In this document: in pieces, positions 8,779 to 19,700 of the stretch | Numbering within the stretch: position 1 is the stretch's first letter | How the letters are laid out: each line of letters begins with the position of its first letter | NCBI GenBank assembly: GCA_964619725.1 | Contig: CAZUFC010000011.1 | Coordinates: 1-64,000, forward strand | Source of the DNA: an uncultured bacterium | Lineage (GTDB): Bacteria > CSSED10-310 > CAZUFC01 | Reading direction: 5' to 3' | DNA: 64,000 bases | Notes under the pieces: model-generated | The model's database searches: none | What the model was told of the DNA's origin: nothing | What the model saw: the letters and a program-made list of their open reading frames with translations, nothing else | Program-made: the position numbers and the translations under genes

Positions 8779-10320
8779 CTAATTGAAATATTTCTCAACT
8801 ATTTTTGCAGAATTACTGAAACGTTCTATCAAGTTCTGATATAAAGCCCTGTATTCCGTATAAAAATCCGCGTATATCCTGGAATCGGGACCGGGCGATT
8901 GAACATCGGAAGTTACTATTATATTTTTGCATGCATTAACGGCATTTTCGAACACTTCGACGCCGACTCCAGCCAGTATGGCCGCACCGAATGCTGCACC
9001 TTCCGGCGTTTTTATCACTTGAATTTCGGTATTGAACACATCCGCTATAATCCGGCGCCACAAGGGGCTTACCGCTCCGCCTCCGGTTACTCGTATTCCC
9101 TCCACTTTCAATCCTGCCGCATTCATCAACTCCAGCGAGTCCTTCAGACCGTAGGCAACGCCTTCCATGACCGACCGGATGAAATGAGCTTTATTATGTC
9201 TCAGACTGATGCCGAAGAATACGCCCCGTGCATCGGGATTCGCGTAAGGGGTTCTTTCGCCGGAAAGATAGGGGAGAAAGATCATGCCTTCTGAACCTGC
9301 TGAAACTTCTGCAGCTTTTTCGGTCATAATTTCATAGGCGCTGCGTTTCGATTCTTCGGCCATTCTTTTTTCGGATTCGCAAAGACTGTTTCGCAGCCAT
9401 TGGAAACTTCCTCCTGCAGCCAGCATGACGCCCATCAAATGCCACATGCCTGGCACAGCGTGGCAGAAGCTGTGCAGCCGTCCTTGCGGATCGCTACGGT
9501 ATTCTTCTGAAGCGGCGAATACAACCCCGGAAGTTCCGATAGTAGCGGAAGCCGTTCCTTCCTGAACAATACCGGCGCCGACAGCCTGTGCAGCCTGGTC
9601 GCCGGCGCCCCCGACCACAGGAGTGCCTGACCTTAAGCCGGTTTCCACTTCCGCCTGTTTGGCTGTCACGGCGCTGACCGTCGACGATTCCGTAACATCC
9701 GGCATCCATTGCCGGGGAATATTCAGAATATCCAGCATCTGATTCGACCATCTCCGCTGCGATACGTCAAAAAGCGAAGTGCCTGAAGCATCCGAAACAT
9801 CGGACAGATATTCTCCCGTCAGCCGGTACCGCACGTAATCCTTCGGAAGCAACACCCTTGACGTCTTCCCGAATACTTCCGGTTCGTTTTTTTTCACCCA
9901 CATAATTTTAGGAGCCGTAAAACCGGGCAGCACAGGATTCCCGGTATATTCCAGCGCCTTTCGCTCGCCGACCTTTTCAGTTATCTCACGGCACTCCCTT
10001 CCTGAACGTTGGTCGTTCCACATTATGCAGGGCCTTAGAACTTCTCCCGATCCGTTCATCATTACCAGACCGTGCATCTGTCCGGTAAGACCGATACCGG
10101 CTATTCGCTCCGTATTGATGCGCGTCTCGGAAACAACCTTTTTTATACCCTTGACCGTGCTCCTCCACCAGTCTTCAGGATGCTGCTCCACCCACGACGG
10201 CCGAGGCGTATACATGGGATATTCAAACATCGCAACAGCCTTGACCGCGCCCTCATCTCCCGTCAGGACGACTTTACTTCCGCTCGTTCCTACATCGATT
10301 CCCAAAAGATAGTTTTCCAT
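8779..10320 (-). CDS. xylB: Xylulokinase (FGGY family)
   Basis: LGIDVGTSG, GQMHG, WNDQR, GGAGDQAA, PYLSGERTP; start placed at MENYLL (alternative 10350). Confidence 0.9.
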   Translation of the reverse strand: MENYLLGIDVGTSGSKVVLTGDEGAVKAVAMFEYPMYTPRPSWVEQHPEDWWRSTVKGIKKVVSETRINTERIAGIGLTGQMHGLVMMNGSGEVLRPCIMWNDQRSGRECREITEKVGERKALEYTGNPVLPGFTAPKIMWVKKNEPEVFGKTSRVLLPKDYVRYRLTGEYLSDVSDASGTSLFDVSQRRWSNQMLDILNIPRQWMPDVTESSTVSAVTAKQAEVETGLRSGTPVVGGAGDQAAQAVGAGIVQEGTASATIGTSGVVFAASEEYRSDPQGRLHSFCHAVPGMWHLMGVMLAAGGSFQWLRNSLCESEKRMAEESKRSAYEIMTEKAAEVSAGSEGMIFLPYLSGERTPYANPDARGVFFGISLRHNKAHFIRSVMEGVAYGLKDSLELMNAAGLKVEGIRVTGGGAVSPLWRRIIADVFNTEIQVIKTPEGAAFGAAILAGVGVEVFENAVNACKNIIVTSDVQSPGPDSRIYADFYTEYRALYQNLIERFSNSAKIVEKYFN

Positions 10321-10346
10321 TTTTCGCTTCCTTCCCGGCCGCCGCT

Positions 10347-11591
10347 TCATTTCAGAAGACTGAAATTGTCGCTTTCTATAAACGCTTCATGCAGAACTTC
10401 CGAGGCTCTTTGAGCATCCTGTTTTTTTACCAGAGCGGATATGACGGCATGAGAATCCGCTGTCTGCAGAATGTCAATGCCTTTGCTATGTATGATACGG
10501 CAAAATTCAGCCATAATGCCCGGACGGCCGTGCATGCCGGCCCCTATAATGGAAACTTTCATGCAAGGCTCAATAATATCGTAACGCAAAGATTCCGCCC
10601 CTATCAAGTCTGCGACTGCACACGCAACTGACGCTTCTACGGAGAAATATGCTTCATTTTTGAATACATTGAACATATCCATGCTTATTTTCTCATCCGC
10701 TATTTTCTGGAAAAGTTGGACGATACGGCCTTGCGGGTCCTTCACATCCTGTAATGAAACATGAAAACGGCTTACCGGTCCGTTCTCAGAAACAGCCGTT
10801 ATGATCCGGGACGGCTCGATTTTTACGGAAGGCAGTATATCTGTTGTACTGCCGGATGGATTAAATAATGAACGTATTATGACGGGAATTTTAAATTTTT
10901 CGACAAGTTCGGCCGCACGGGGATGAAGAGCTTTCGCTCCCTGCCAGGCCATCTGCCTTATTTCCTCGGCGCTCAGTATCCGCAGGTTTTCAGCCTTTTT
11001 TATTTTGTCGGGATTCGCAGTGTATATTCCTTCTATTTCTTTTACGATTTCCACTTCATCGGCATCAAGAGCTCCCGCCAACGCCACGGCGGTCGTATCG
11101 CTTCCCCCGCGTCCCAGGCAGGTAATTTCTCCACTTCGGGAAATACCCTGGAAACCGGCCACCACTACCACTTCATTCTCTAAAAGAGCCTTTTCCAGAG
11201 CATTCTTTTCAATCTCCAGAATTGAGGCATTACAGTGAACGTTTTCCGTGATTATTCCTGCTTCCCATCCGGTTAATCCTTTCGCCGACATACCCGCCGC
11301 TCTCGCCATCGTACTCAAAACCGTCATGGATATTATTTCGCCGCACGATAAAGCCAGGTCCTTTTCTCTCGCGTCTATTGACGATTTCGGACCTGACTGC
11401 TGAGACTCGCCTTCCAGCAGCGACTCCAGAGTATCCGTCGCGTAAGGGTCCCCTTTTCTTCCCATGGCTGAAACGACGACCACGCATTTAAAACCTTTTT
11501 CCACCTTCTTGCGGATGTGCTCTAAGACAAGACGCCTCGTTCCTTCCGATGCCAGGCATGTTCCTCCGAATTTTAATACGGCTCTGCGCAC
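10347..11591 (-). CDS. Aspartate kinase (monofunctional, two ACT domains)
   Basis: VLKFGG, VVSAMG, DPYATD, VAGFQG, LGRGGSDTTA; GTG start at 11591 after GGAGAG. Confidence 0.9.
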   Translation of the reverse strand: MRRAVLKFGGTCLASEGTRRLVLEHIRKKVEKGFKCVVVVSAMGRKGDPYATDTLESLLEGESQQSGPKSSIDAREKDLALSCGEIISMTVLSTMARAAGMSAKGLTGWEAGIITENVHCNASILEIEKNALEKALLENEVVVVAGFQGISRSGEITCLGRGGSDTTAVALAGALDADEVEIVKEIEGIYTANPDKIKKAENLRILSAEEIRQMAWQGAKALHPRAAELVEKFKIPVIIRSLFNPSGSTTDILPSVKIEPSRIITAVSENGPVSRFHVSLQDVKDPQGRIVQLFQKIADEKISMDMFNVFKNEAYFSVEASVACAVADLIGAESLRYDIIEPCMKVSIIGAGMHGRPGIMAEFCRIIHSKGIDILQTADSHAVISALVKKQDAQRASEVLHEAFIESDNFSLLK

Positions 11592-11883
11592 TTGCTTCTC
11601 TCTCCGGCATAAACCCAAATATCGCTGTCGATGAAAATTAAAGCCATATCTCCAACTCAATACGAACGATCAAACATCGATTGATTTCTACAACAGCTCA
11701 GGAAAACAACAAGGACGCCTCTTCTGCCCGATTCAACCGCTCAACGCGGCTCAAAGCTCAGAAAATCTTTTATTGCTTATTCCGGCTCCTGCAGGCGATC
11801 CCTAAATTCCAAATTCCTGCTCTTGAATATTTTTTCCAGAGATTCACGCAATTCCGCCCGCCGGTTATGATCCGGCCAGTGAA

Positions 11884-12480
11884 TCAGAATCCGTATTTTT
11901 CCTTATTTTCGATCCGTTCGATCGCTTCTTTAGCGAAAAACCGGACCAGCTCATCCTTGTCTTTTTCCGCTTTTTGAAGAGCGGGTATGGCGGACTTGTC
12001 GCCGAGTATACCCAGGGAATAGGCGGCATCCTGCCTGACTCTTTCATTGGGATCATCCAAAAGCGCAATGATGTCTGGGATTGCCTTTTCAGCCTCCATG
12101 TTGCCCAGGGCTTTTGCGGCAGCTCTTTTAAACGAGTCCTTGCCCTTCAACATTTTTCTTAAAGGATCGACGGCTTTATCGTCGGCTATCCAACCCAGAA
12201 TAAAAGCAGTATATTCAGGAACGCCTTCCAAGTCGCTGTCCAGGTTTTCGATTAACGGCTCGGCGACCAGGCCCGGATTGTCCTGCTCGATCAGTCGAAA
12301 CTTGAAATACATCCTGTTGCGCATCGGATCGTTCTTTTCCTGGATAGCCTTGTTCAGGGTTTTAATGGCTTCATCAATCTCATCCATAATTTCCTGTCTG
12401 CTTTTGCAAAAAGCGTCAGCGGCGAAAATAAAGACGAATGCCGCCAATACCGTCAGCAGAATAACAAAGTTTCTTTTCAT
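11884..12480 (-). CDS. Exported HEAT-repeat protein
   Basis: Signal peptide plus repeats such as VRQDAAYSLGILGDKSAIPAL. Confidence 0.85.
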   Translation of the reverse strand: MKRNFVILLTVLAAFVFIFAADAFCKSRQEIMDEIDEAIKTLNKAIQEKNDPMRNRMYFKFRLIEQDNPGLVAEPLIENLDSDLEGVPEYTAFILGWIADDKAVDPLRKMLKGKDSFKRAAAKALGNMEAEKAIPDIIALLDDPNERVRQDAAYSLGILGDKSAIPALQKAEKDKDELVRFFAKEAIERIENKEKYGF

Positions 12481-12692
12481 TAGTTATCTCTCCCTTCCGC
12501 TGAGCATGCTTTTCAGTTCAGCATGATCGATTCTTACGCCGAATTTTATGATCAAAACATCAACGCTTGTTTTCATCGCCAGTCATTTCGGACTGAAGCG
12601 CCGATCTATTCTGCCGGCATTTCTCTTTCAGGTCAATCTTTACAAAAAATTTTTCACGAAACTGCATCAACGGAAAAATTTTTTCGTCCATC

Positions 12693-12722
12693 TTGACAAA
12701 TTGAAACATTGTCGCCTACTGT
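12693..12722 (+). promoter_or_regulatory. Putative sigma70 promoter about 240 nt upstream of ppdK
   Basis: TTGACA-18 bp-TACTGT. Confidence 0.35.
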
Positions 12723-12964
12723 AAGTCGGGTTTGCGAATGGAGTCCGGTTTCAACGGTTGAAGTTACAACGGCCGGCGGTCGGGAAACTGCGAAGCTGAT
12801 TATGTTATTGTCGCAAGATTGCTGCTGGTTGAATGAAGTTTGGGAAATCTGCCGGGACGAGGGCCGTCAAACCGTCAGAAAATCGTATTAACCGGAAAAG
12901 GACGTCAATTCGGCGCATAAAATGACTCTGATGATTAACGAAGCCGATTGCAATGGAGGTTGAG

Positions 12965-15619
12965 ATGAGCGAAAAAAAATATGTATTTGCATTTGGAGAC
13001 AAGGAAGCTTCCGACGAGAATGTAGTGCTTTTAGGAAACAAAGGTGCGCAGTTGTCGGAAATGACCAGGATGGGATTGCCTGTTCCTCCGGGATTCACGG
13101 TAAGCACAGAAGCCTGCAAACTGGCGCTGGAGAGCGACGGCGACCTTCCTGAGAACATATGGGAAGAAGTGAATGAAGCAGTTTCTGAGCTTGAAACGAA
13201 TATGGGAAAGAAATTCGGGCATGGGCCTTCGCCTCTGTTTGTTTCCGTGAGGTCCGGGTCTTTCGTTTCCATGCCGGGAATGATGGACACCATTTTAAAT
13301 CTGGGTATGAATGAAAAAACAGTAGACGCGTTCGCGCGGGAGATCAACGATTCCCGGCCTGCCTGGGACTCTTACAGGCGTTTCATTCAGATGTTCGGCG
13401 AAGTTGTGCTGGGATGCGAAGGTGAGGAATTCGAGCATATAATCAATGAAGTAAAGAATGAGAAAAACGTACGTCTGGACACAGAGCTGACGGCGGACGA
13501 CCTGCATGATTTATCGGAAAGATTCAAGAAACACGTCAAAGACAGCATAGGCAAAACGTTTCCTGAAGATGCTTCTGAGCAGCTCCGTCTTTCTATAAGC
13601 GCTGTCTTCAATTCCTGGAACAACAAACGGGCGATCAACTACCGTAAGGCAAACAAGCTTCCCGACGATGCGGGAACGGCTTGCAACGTACAGGCCATGG
13701 TTTTCGGCAACATGGGCGATGATTCTGGGACAGGGGTCGGTTTCACCCGCAATCCGGCAACAGGCGAAAAGGAGCATTACGGCGAATTTTTAACCAATGC
13801 CCAGGGTGAAGATATCGTGGCCGGAATTCGAACCCCCAAACCCATCGATTCGATGAAAGCAATACTGCCGGATGCTTATGAAGAGTTGATCAAAGTTTAT
13901 GAACTTCTGGAACGACATTACAAGGATATGCAGGATTTCGAGTTTACGATAGAAAAGAACAAACTTTACGTTCTTCAAACCCGAACCGGCAAAAGAACCG
14001 GACCGGCCGCAGCCAAAATAGCGGTTGATATGGCCAAAGAGGGACTTATCAATAAAGAAACGGCAGTTATGAGGTTCAAGCCGGATCAACTGGAACAACT
14101 GCTGCACCCCATTCTGGACCCCAAAGTCGATCTGGAGGTTATAGCCACAGGACTGGCCGCATCGCCGGGAGCCGGTTCCGGTAAAGTCGTTTTCACCGCG
14201 GACGAAGCGGAAGCAGAAGGAGAAAAAGGTCCCGTCATCCTCGTTCGACAGGAAACCTCCCCGGACGATATTCACGGCATGATCGCAGCCAAAGGCATTC
14301 TTACCGCTCGAGGCGGCATGACAAGTCACGCCGCTGTCGTTGCACGAGGCATGGGAAAACCCTGCGTCGCAGGATGCGAGGAAATCGTCGTTAATGCTAA
14401 AGCAAAAGAATTTATCGTAGGAGAACGCACCGTTAAATCCGGAGATTATATCACTCTTGACGGCGGTACTGGACGCGTCATACTGGGTAAAGTTCCTACT
14501 ATTGACCCTCAGTTTTCCGGGGAGTTCGGGGAAATGATGCAGTGGACCGACGAGTTCAGAAAACTGGGCGTGCGAACCAATGCGGACGTTCCCAAAGACT
14601 GCAAAGTTGCCGTTGAATTCGGCGCTGAAGGAATAGGACTCTGCCGAACGGAACACATGTTCTTTGAAAAAGACAGAATTCCCATCGTTCAGAGAATGAT
14701 CCTGGCCGAATCCACAGAAGAACGACAGATCGAACTGGATAAACTCCTGCCCATCCAGCGCCAGGATTTCGTCGGCATCTTCCGCGAAATGAAAGGATTC
14801 CCTGTAACCATCAGACTGCTGGACCCGCCTCTCCATGAATTCCTGCCGAATCGTGAAGAACTCATGGTCGAAGTAGCCGTAGCCAAAGCCAAAGGCGAAA
14901 CCGGCGAAGAACTGAAGAAAAAGGAAAACCTTCTCAAGCGCGTCAATCAACTGCATGAATTCAATCCAATGCTGGGACATCGCGGCTGCCGACTGGCCAT
15001 CTCCTATCCCGAAATCGCCCGCATGCAGGCTACGGCCATCTTTGAAGCGACCTGCGATATTCTTGAGGAAGGGAAAAAGGTCCTGCCTGAAGTGATGATC
15101 CCTGTACTGGGCCTTCCTGAAGAATTCACTAACCAGAGAAAAATAATCGACGAGGTAGCTGTCGAAGTGATGGAACGCAGGAATAGAAAATTCGAATACA
15201 CCGTCGGTACGATGGTCGAATTGCCGATGGCCTGCATTCGCGCTGCTGACATAGCCGAATACGCAGACTTCTTCTCATTCGGAACTAATGACCTGACCCA
15301 GACGACATTCGGTTACAGCCGCGACGACTCCGGTAAATTTATCAAAGAATACCTGCAATTGGGAATTCTCAAAGAAGAACCCTTCGCAGTCCTCAATCAG
15401 GAAGGCGTCGGCGTTCTGATGAAAATGGCCGTGAACGACGGCCGAAAAACCAATCCCAAACTCAAGGTAGGCATCTGCGGCGAGCACGGAGGCGAACCTA
15501 AATCAGTCGATTTCTGCCACCGTTCAGGTCTTGATTACGTCAGTTGCTCTCCCTTCAGAGTTCCCGTTGCCAGACTGGCTGCAGCTCACGCCGCCATCAA
15601 AGAAAAAAGAAGCAAATAA
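12965..15619 (+). CDS. ppdK: Pyruvate, phosphate dikinase
   Basis: SVRSG, MPGMMDT, GGMTSHAAVVARG (phospho-His), GLCRTEHMF, FSFGTNDLTQ, GICGEHGG; GGAGG before ATG 12965. Confidence 0.97.
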   Translation: MSEKKYVFAFGDKEASDENVVLLGNKGAQLSEMTRMGLPVPPGFTVSTEACKLALESDGDLPENIWEEVNEAVSELETNMGKKFGHGPSPLFVSVRSGSFVSMPGMMDTILNLGMNEKTVDAFAREINDSRPAWDSYRRFIQMFGEVVLGCEGEEFEHIINEVKNEKNVRLDTELTADDLHDLSERFKKHVKDSIGKTFPEDASEQLRLSISAVFNSWNNKRAINYRKANKLPDDAGTACNVQAMVFGNMGDDSGTGVGFTRNPATGEKEHYGEFLTNAQGEDIVAGIRTPKPIDSMKAILPDAYEELIKVYELLERHYKDMQDFEFTIEKNKLYVLQTRTGKRTGPAAAKIAVDMAKEGLINKETAVMRFKPDQLEQLLHPILDPKVDLEVIATGLAASPGAGSGKVVFTADEAEAEGEKGPVILVRQETSPDDIHGMIAAKGILTARGGMTSHAAVVARGMGKPCVAGCEEIVVNAKAKEFIVGERTVKSGDYITLDGGTGRVILGKVPTIDPQFSGEFGEMMQWTDEFRKLGVRTNADVPKDCKVAVEFGAEGIGLCRTEHMFFEKDRIPIVQRMILAESTEERQIELDKLLPIQRQDFVGIFREMKGFPVTIRLLDPPLHEFLPNREELMVEVAVAKAKGETGEELKKKENLLKRVNQLHEFNPMLGHRGCRLAISYPEIARMQATAIFEATCDILEEGKKVLPEVMIPVLGLPEEFTNQRKIIDEVAVEVMERRNRKFEYTVGTMVELPMACIRAADIAEYADFFSFGTNDLTQTTFGYSRDDSGKFIKEYLQLGILKEEPFAVLNQEGVGVLMKMAVNDGRKTNPKLKVGICGEHGGEPKSVDFCHRSGLDYVSCSPFRVPVARLAAAHAAIKEKRSK

Positions 15620-15634
15620 CAGATTCTTTTTGAC

Positions 15635-15682
15635 AAAAAAACGACCCTTCAGCGGATTCCCCGCGGAAGGGTCGATTTTTTT
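15635..15682. terminator. Bidirectional intrinsic terminator between ppdK and its regulator
   Basis: A-tract, CGACCCTTC...GAAGGGTCG stem, T-tract. Confidence 0.85.
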
Positions 15683-15730
15683 ATGCCCGTGATGCGCAAA
15701 CCGGGCAAATCTAAACTTAAAACTGCAACA

Positions 15731-16591
15731 TCATAAAACGTTCCGCTTGATCCAGTCTGCTGTTTCTTCTATGGACCGATCCGTTACGTCTATTTTACGC
15801 AGATCGGGTATTCTCTCGAAAACTTCGCGGCAGTATTCGTTTTCTTCAAGAATATGGTCCAGGCTTTCGTAATTGTTCAGCATCCGGGGAATATTTTTTG
15901 CTCTGGTCTTGCGCAATTCGAAGAGTTTTTCCGGACGTATGGTGAAGCCGACCTTGGGAATCTTCACTTTATAGACCTTGGAGGAAAGTTTCATGTCCAG
16001 AATGACCGGAATGTTGGCTACTTTAACTTTTTGACTGGATAAATAGATGCTGGTCGGCGTTTTCCCCGTGCGGGAGACGCCCAGAATAACCAGGTCCGCC
16101 TCCTGCAGGGTATCCAGGTTTTTGCCGTCGTCATGCCTGAGCGTATACTCGATCGAACCTGCCACGGCATAGTAATCTTCATCGTACGGACGCATAAGTC
16201 CCGGGACTCGCTTGGGACTCTTCTTCAATATCTGACCGATCCTGTCCATCATGGCGCCCATGATGTCTATCTCTATTATTCCCGTTTTTTCGGAACGGTT
16301 TTTGATCAAATTCCTCAGATCGCTGGATACCAGCGAATGAACCAGCACAGCATTACTGCATTCTTCTGCCCTGTCCATTATCCGGTTGACTTCAACCATC
16401 GACCTGGCGAAAGGAAAACGCTGCTTTATAACCTCAACTCCGCCGAATTGCAGCAAAACCGAAGTAGCGACCGATTCGGCTGTAGTTCCCGTACCGTCCG
16501 AAACAATAATCAAATTCAGCCTCTTGCTCTCTCTATCATTGCATTTCACAAGCAAACCTCCTGCGAAAAGGCATTCGACGAATCCAATCAT
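15731..16591 (-). CDS. PPDK/PEP-synthase regulatory protein (DUF299 kinase/pyrophosphorylase)
   Basis: VSDGTGTTAE, HDDG, GVSRTGKTPTSIYL, KVANIP, SIEETA; convergent on ppdK. Confidence 0.92.
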   Translation of the reverse strand: MIGFVECLFAGGLLVKCNDRESKRLNLIIVSDGTGTTAESVATSVLLQFGGVEVIKQRFPFARSMVEVNRIMDRAEECSNAVLVHSLVSSDLRNLIKNRSEKTGIIEIDIMGAMMDRIGQILKKSPKRVPGLMRPYDEDYYAVAGSIEYTLRHDDGKNLDTLQEADLVILGVSRTGKTPTSIYLSSQKVKVANIPVILDMKLSSKVYKVKIPKVGFTIRPEKLFELRKTRAKNIPRMLNNYESLDHILEENEYCREVFERIPDLRKIDVTDRSIEETADWIKRNVL

Positions 16592-16701
16592 ACCTCATCC
16601 CGAATACATTTTAAATGAAAAAGAATGACGTCTCATGCTGATCAGCGTTTATTTCTTCTTCGATTCATGGTATGAACAAGTAACGCGTTAACGGAGATGT
16701 C

Positions 16702-19700
16702 ATGATGACCAACAGCTTTATCGGTCCTTACAAGATAATCAGAAAAATCGGCCAGGGAGGAATGTGCGCTGTATATCAGGTTGAGGAACCGGAGACGAAA
16801 AATGTTGTGGCGTTGAAAACCATGTTGCATCAGACTTATATGCGGCGTTTCAAGCGTGAGTTTCGCGCCATGTCGAGGTTGAGTCACGACAACATCGTGA
16901 AAGTGTATGATTTCGGTATGGAAGAGAGGCGTCCTTATTTCACGATGGAATATGTGGAAGGCGGCAATATACTGGAGTTTCTCCAGGAAAAATTTTTAAG
17001 CGCCGGCAACGGCGGAGGAATTCCCGTCAGCGATGACGAAATAAGGCTTGCGGCCGAGACGCTTCGCAATATATGCGAACCTTTGAATTACATTCATTCA
17101 TTGAAATTAATACACCGCGATCTGAAACCGGCCAACATAATGACCGGGACCGACGGAACCGTAAAATTAATGGATTTCGGCCTGGTCAAGGACCTGGATA
17201 TTCATAATGAGCTTTCAGCGACTCAAACCGGCGTTTTCATGGGCACCGCCAATTATATCGCACCCGAACAGGGAATCGGCAAAAACGTCGATCAGCGGGC
17301 CGATCTTTATTCTCTAGGCGTCATCGCATACGAAGCCCTCTGCGGCAGACTGCCCTTCACAGCGGACAGCTTCGTTTCGATCATAATGAAACATCTGCAG
17401 GAAATACCGGAATCGCCTGCCTCTCTAAATAAAGCCGTTCCCGCTCCCCTGGAAAATATAATACTGAAATTACTCGAAAAGAACCCCGAAGAACGCTGCC
17501 AGTCAGCTTTGGAATTGAGCCGCGAACTTGAAGAATTCCTGTCCGAATACTATCAACTGACGGCAGTCGCTTTTGCCGACAGGGAAGGCGTTATGACGCC
17601 CGAAGCCGTCGATCCGCTGGCTATGCTTCTTTTGCCCGGATTCGTCGGACGCCGTAATGCCCTGGATTTCCTGGAAAACAACTTCCGGCGCCTGATAAAT
17701 TATGAAAACCGGTTCATCGCAGTAGAAGGCGAATCAGGAATAGGCAAATCCCGCCTAATTAAAGAATGGGAAACCAATGTTCTGACCTCTCGCTGCCTTT
17801 ATTTCAAAACTGCGGCCAGGGAAATCGGAAGTTACCCCTATGAAATTTTTTCCGACATCGTCGAATCAGCTTTAAAAAAATGCCTTAAAGGCGAATCCTC
17901 TGTTTTTCATGACATGTCGGATTTTGAACTCAAAGCCCTCCAAAAATACTTTCCTCAACTGAAAAAATGGAAGCCGCTCCAGAAAACGCCGCCTCTTCCC
18001 CCGCTCCCCCCGGAACAGGAAAAGATCAGGACTTTTGAAGCCTTCCGCTCCCTGGTAGAACTGTTTTCACTCGATCAGCCGCTCCTGTTCGTAATCGACG
18101 ACTTTCAATGGGCAGATGAACTCAGCCTGGAATGCCTCCTCTACATTCGCCGTAATCTCATCATTCGAAATTCCGCAAAACAATCCGGAAAAAAAGCTCC
18201 CCGGCTCATGCTGATGATACTTTACCGGGATGAGGAACTCAGTGCGGAACACCCGTCAGGAGCGTCTCTGAAAGGTCTGCTGAGCCGAAAAGAAATCGAC
18301 ATGATCAAGTTGGAGCGCTTTTCACGCGAACAGGCGATTCAGATCATTCAAATGATGACCAATACGGAGGAATGGCCGGAAGAATTTTTAGACAAACTGT
18401 ACGCTGAAACCGAGGGTAATCCTCTTTACATTGAGGAAATAGTTAAGGCGCTGGCGCAGGAGCAGGTAATACGCCAGGCTGAATCGGGATGGATAATCGA
18501 TCCTGAGCATTTCGATCATATTATATCGCAAAGCAGAACGGAATTCGTTTCCTCCCAGATATCCGAACTGCCTCCGGCCATTTTCAATATTATTTCCAGG
18601 CGTCTGGAAGACCTGTCCCAAACGACCCTCAGAATCCTCAATCATGCGGCAGTCATCGGCAAAACCTTTGATTTTAATCTTCTGTCGGAAGTCACCGGGG
18701 CTGATGAAGACGATTTGCTGGATTCTATCGGCGAGTTGCTGAAGATGGACTTCATCGTTGAAAAGTCTGGAAGGCAAGCGGACATCTTCCAATTCAAACA
18801 AAACATGATCCGCCGGATACTTTACGGCCGCATCTCCGCGCCGCGGCGCAGAAAAATGCACCGAGAAACAGCCGCTGCTATTGAAAAATTATACGCTCCC
18901 GGCCTGGAAAGATACTATGAAACCCTCGCCTATCACTATTATGCCGCAAAAAAGGATATTAAAGCCGTTCACTACAGCCTGCTTTCCGGAAGTAAATTCC
19001 TGAATGCTTATCTCTTTACGAAAGCCCATCGCTACCTTGATCCGGCCGTCGAACTGATAGAACACGCGGATTATCCGGATGAAAATCAAAGACTATCCGA
19101 TCATTTCAAATTACTGATGATACGCAGCCGCTTATATGAAATGTCGGGCAGGCTTAACGAAGCCAGAGACGTTCTGGCCGAATCGCTGGAGTTAACCAGA
19201 AAACTGGCGGATGCCGAGTCGGAATGGAAATCCCTCAATATGCTCGGCGCTATCCATATTCAACTCGGAAATAAAGAAAAAGCCGCCCAGTACTACATGC
19301 CGGCGCTTAAAGTCGCTGAACGTCTGAACAATATTAACTTCCTCGCCGCCACCTATAACGCAGTCGGAAACGTTTATCAACACAAGGGCGATATGCTTAA
19401 GGCCCTGGAAACATTCGATAAAGCGCTCAGAATATCTGAAAACAAGAATCCCCATCACGTAGGCGACGCACTCATGAACATCGGCAATGTCCACTACGCC
19501 TCCGGCCGCTACGACCAGGCCCTGGAACACTTTACCAGGGCTCTGAATCTTTACGAAAGTCTCGAAGCGAAACCCCTTATCATTAAAAGCCTTACTAATA
19601 TCGGCGTCGTTTATTACACCAAAGGAGATTTCGATAAAGCCCTTTTCCATTACCAGAAAACCATGGAACTCTCCAGACAGATCGGAGACCTCATGGGGCT

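Noticed and set aside
8779-11591. Aspartokinase-xylulokinase adjacency as a novel pathway
   Set aside because: Both look like ordinary family members with no linking genes; probably incidental gene order
13790-14980. 396-aa ORF antisense to ppdK, and similar long antisense ORFs over clpA and the 62720 gene
   Set aside because: Shadow frames of well-conserved genes with no recognisable motifs
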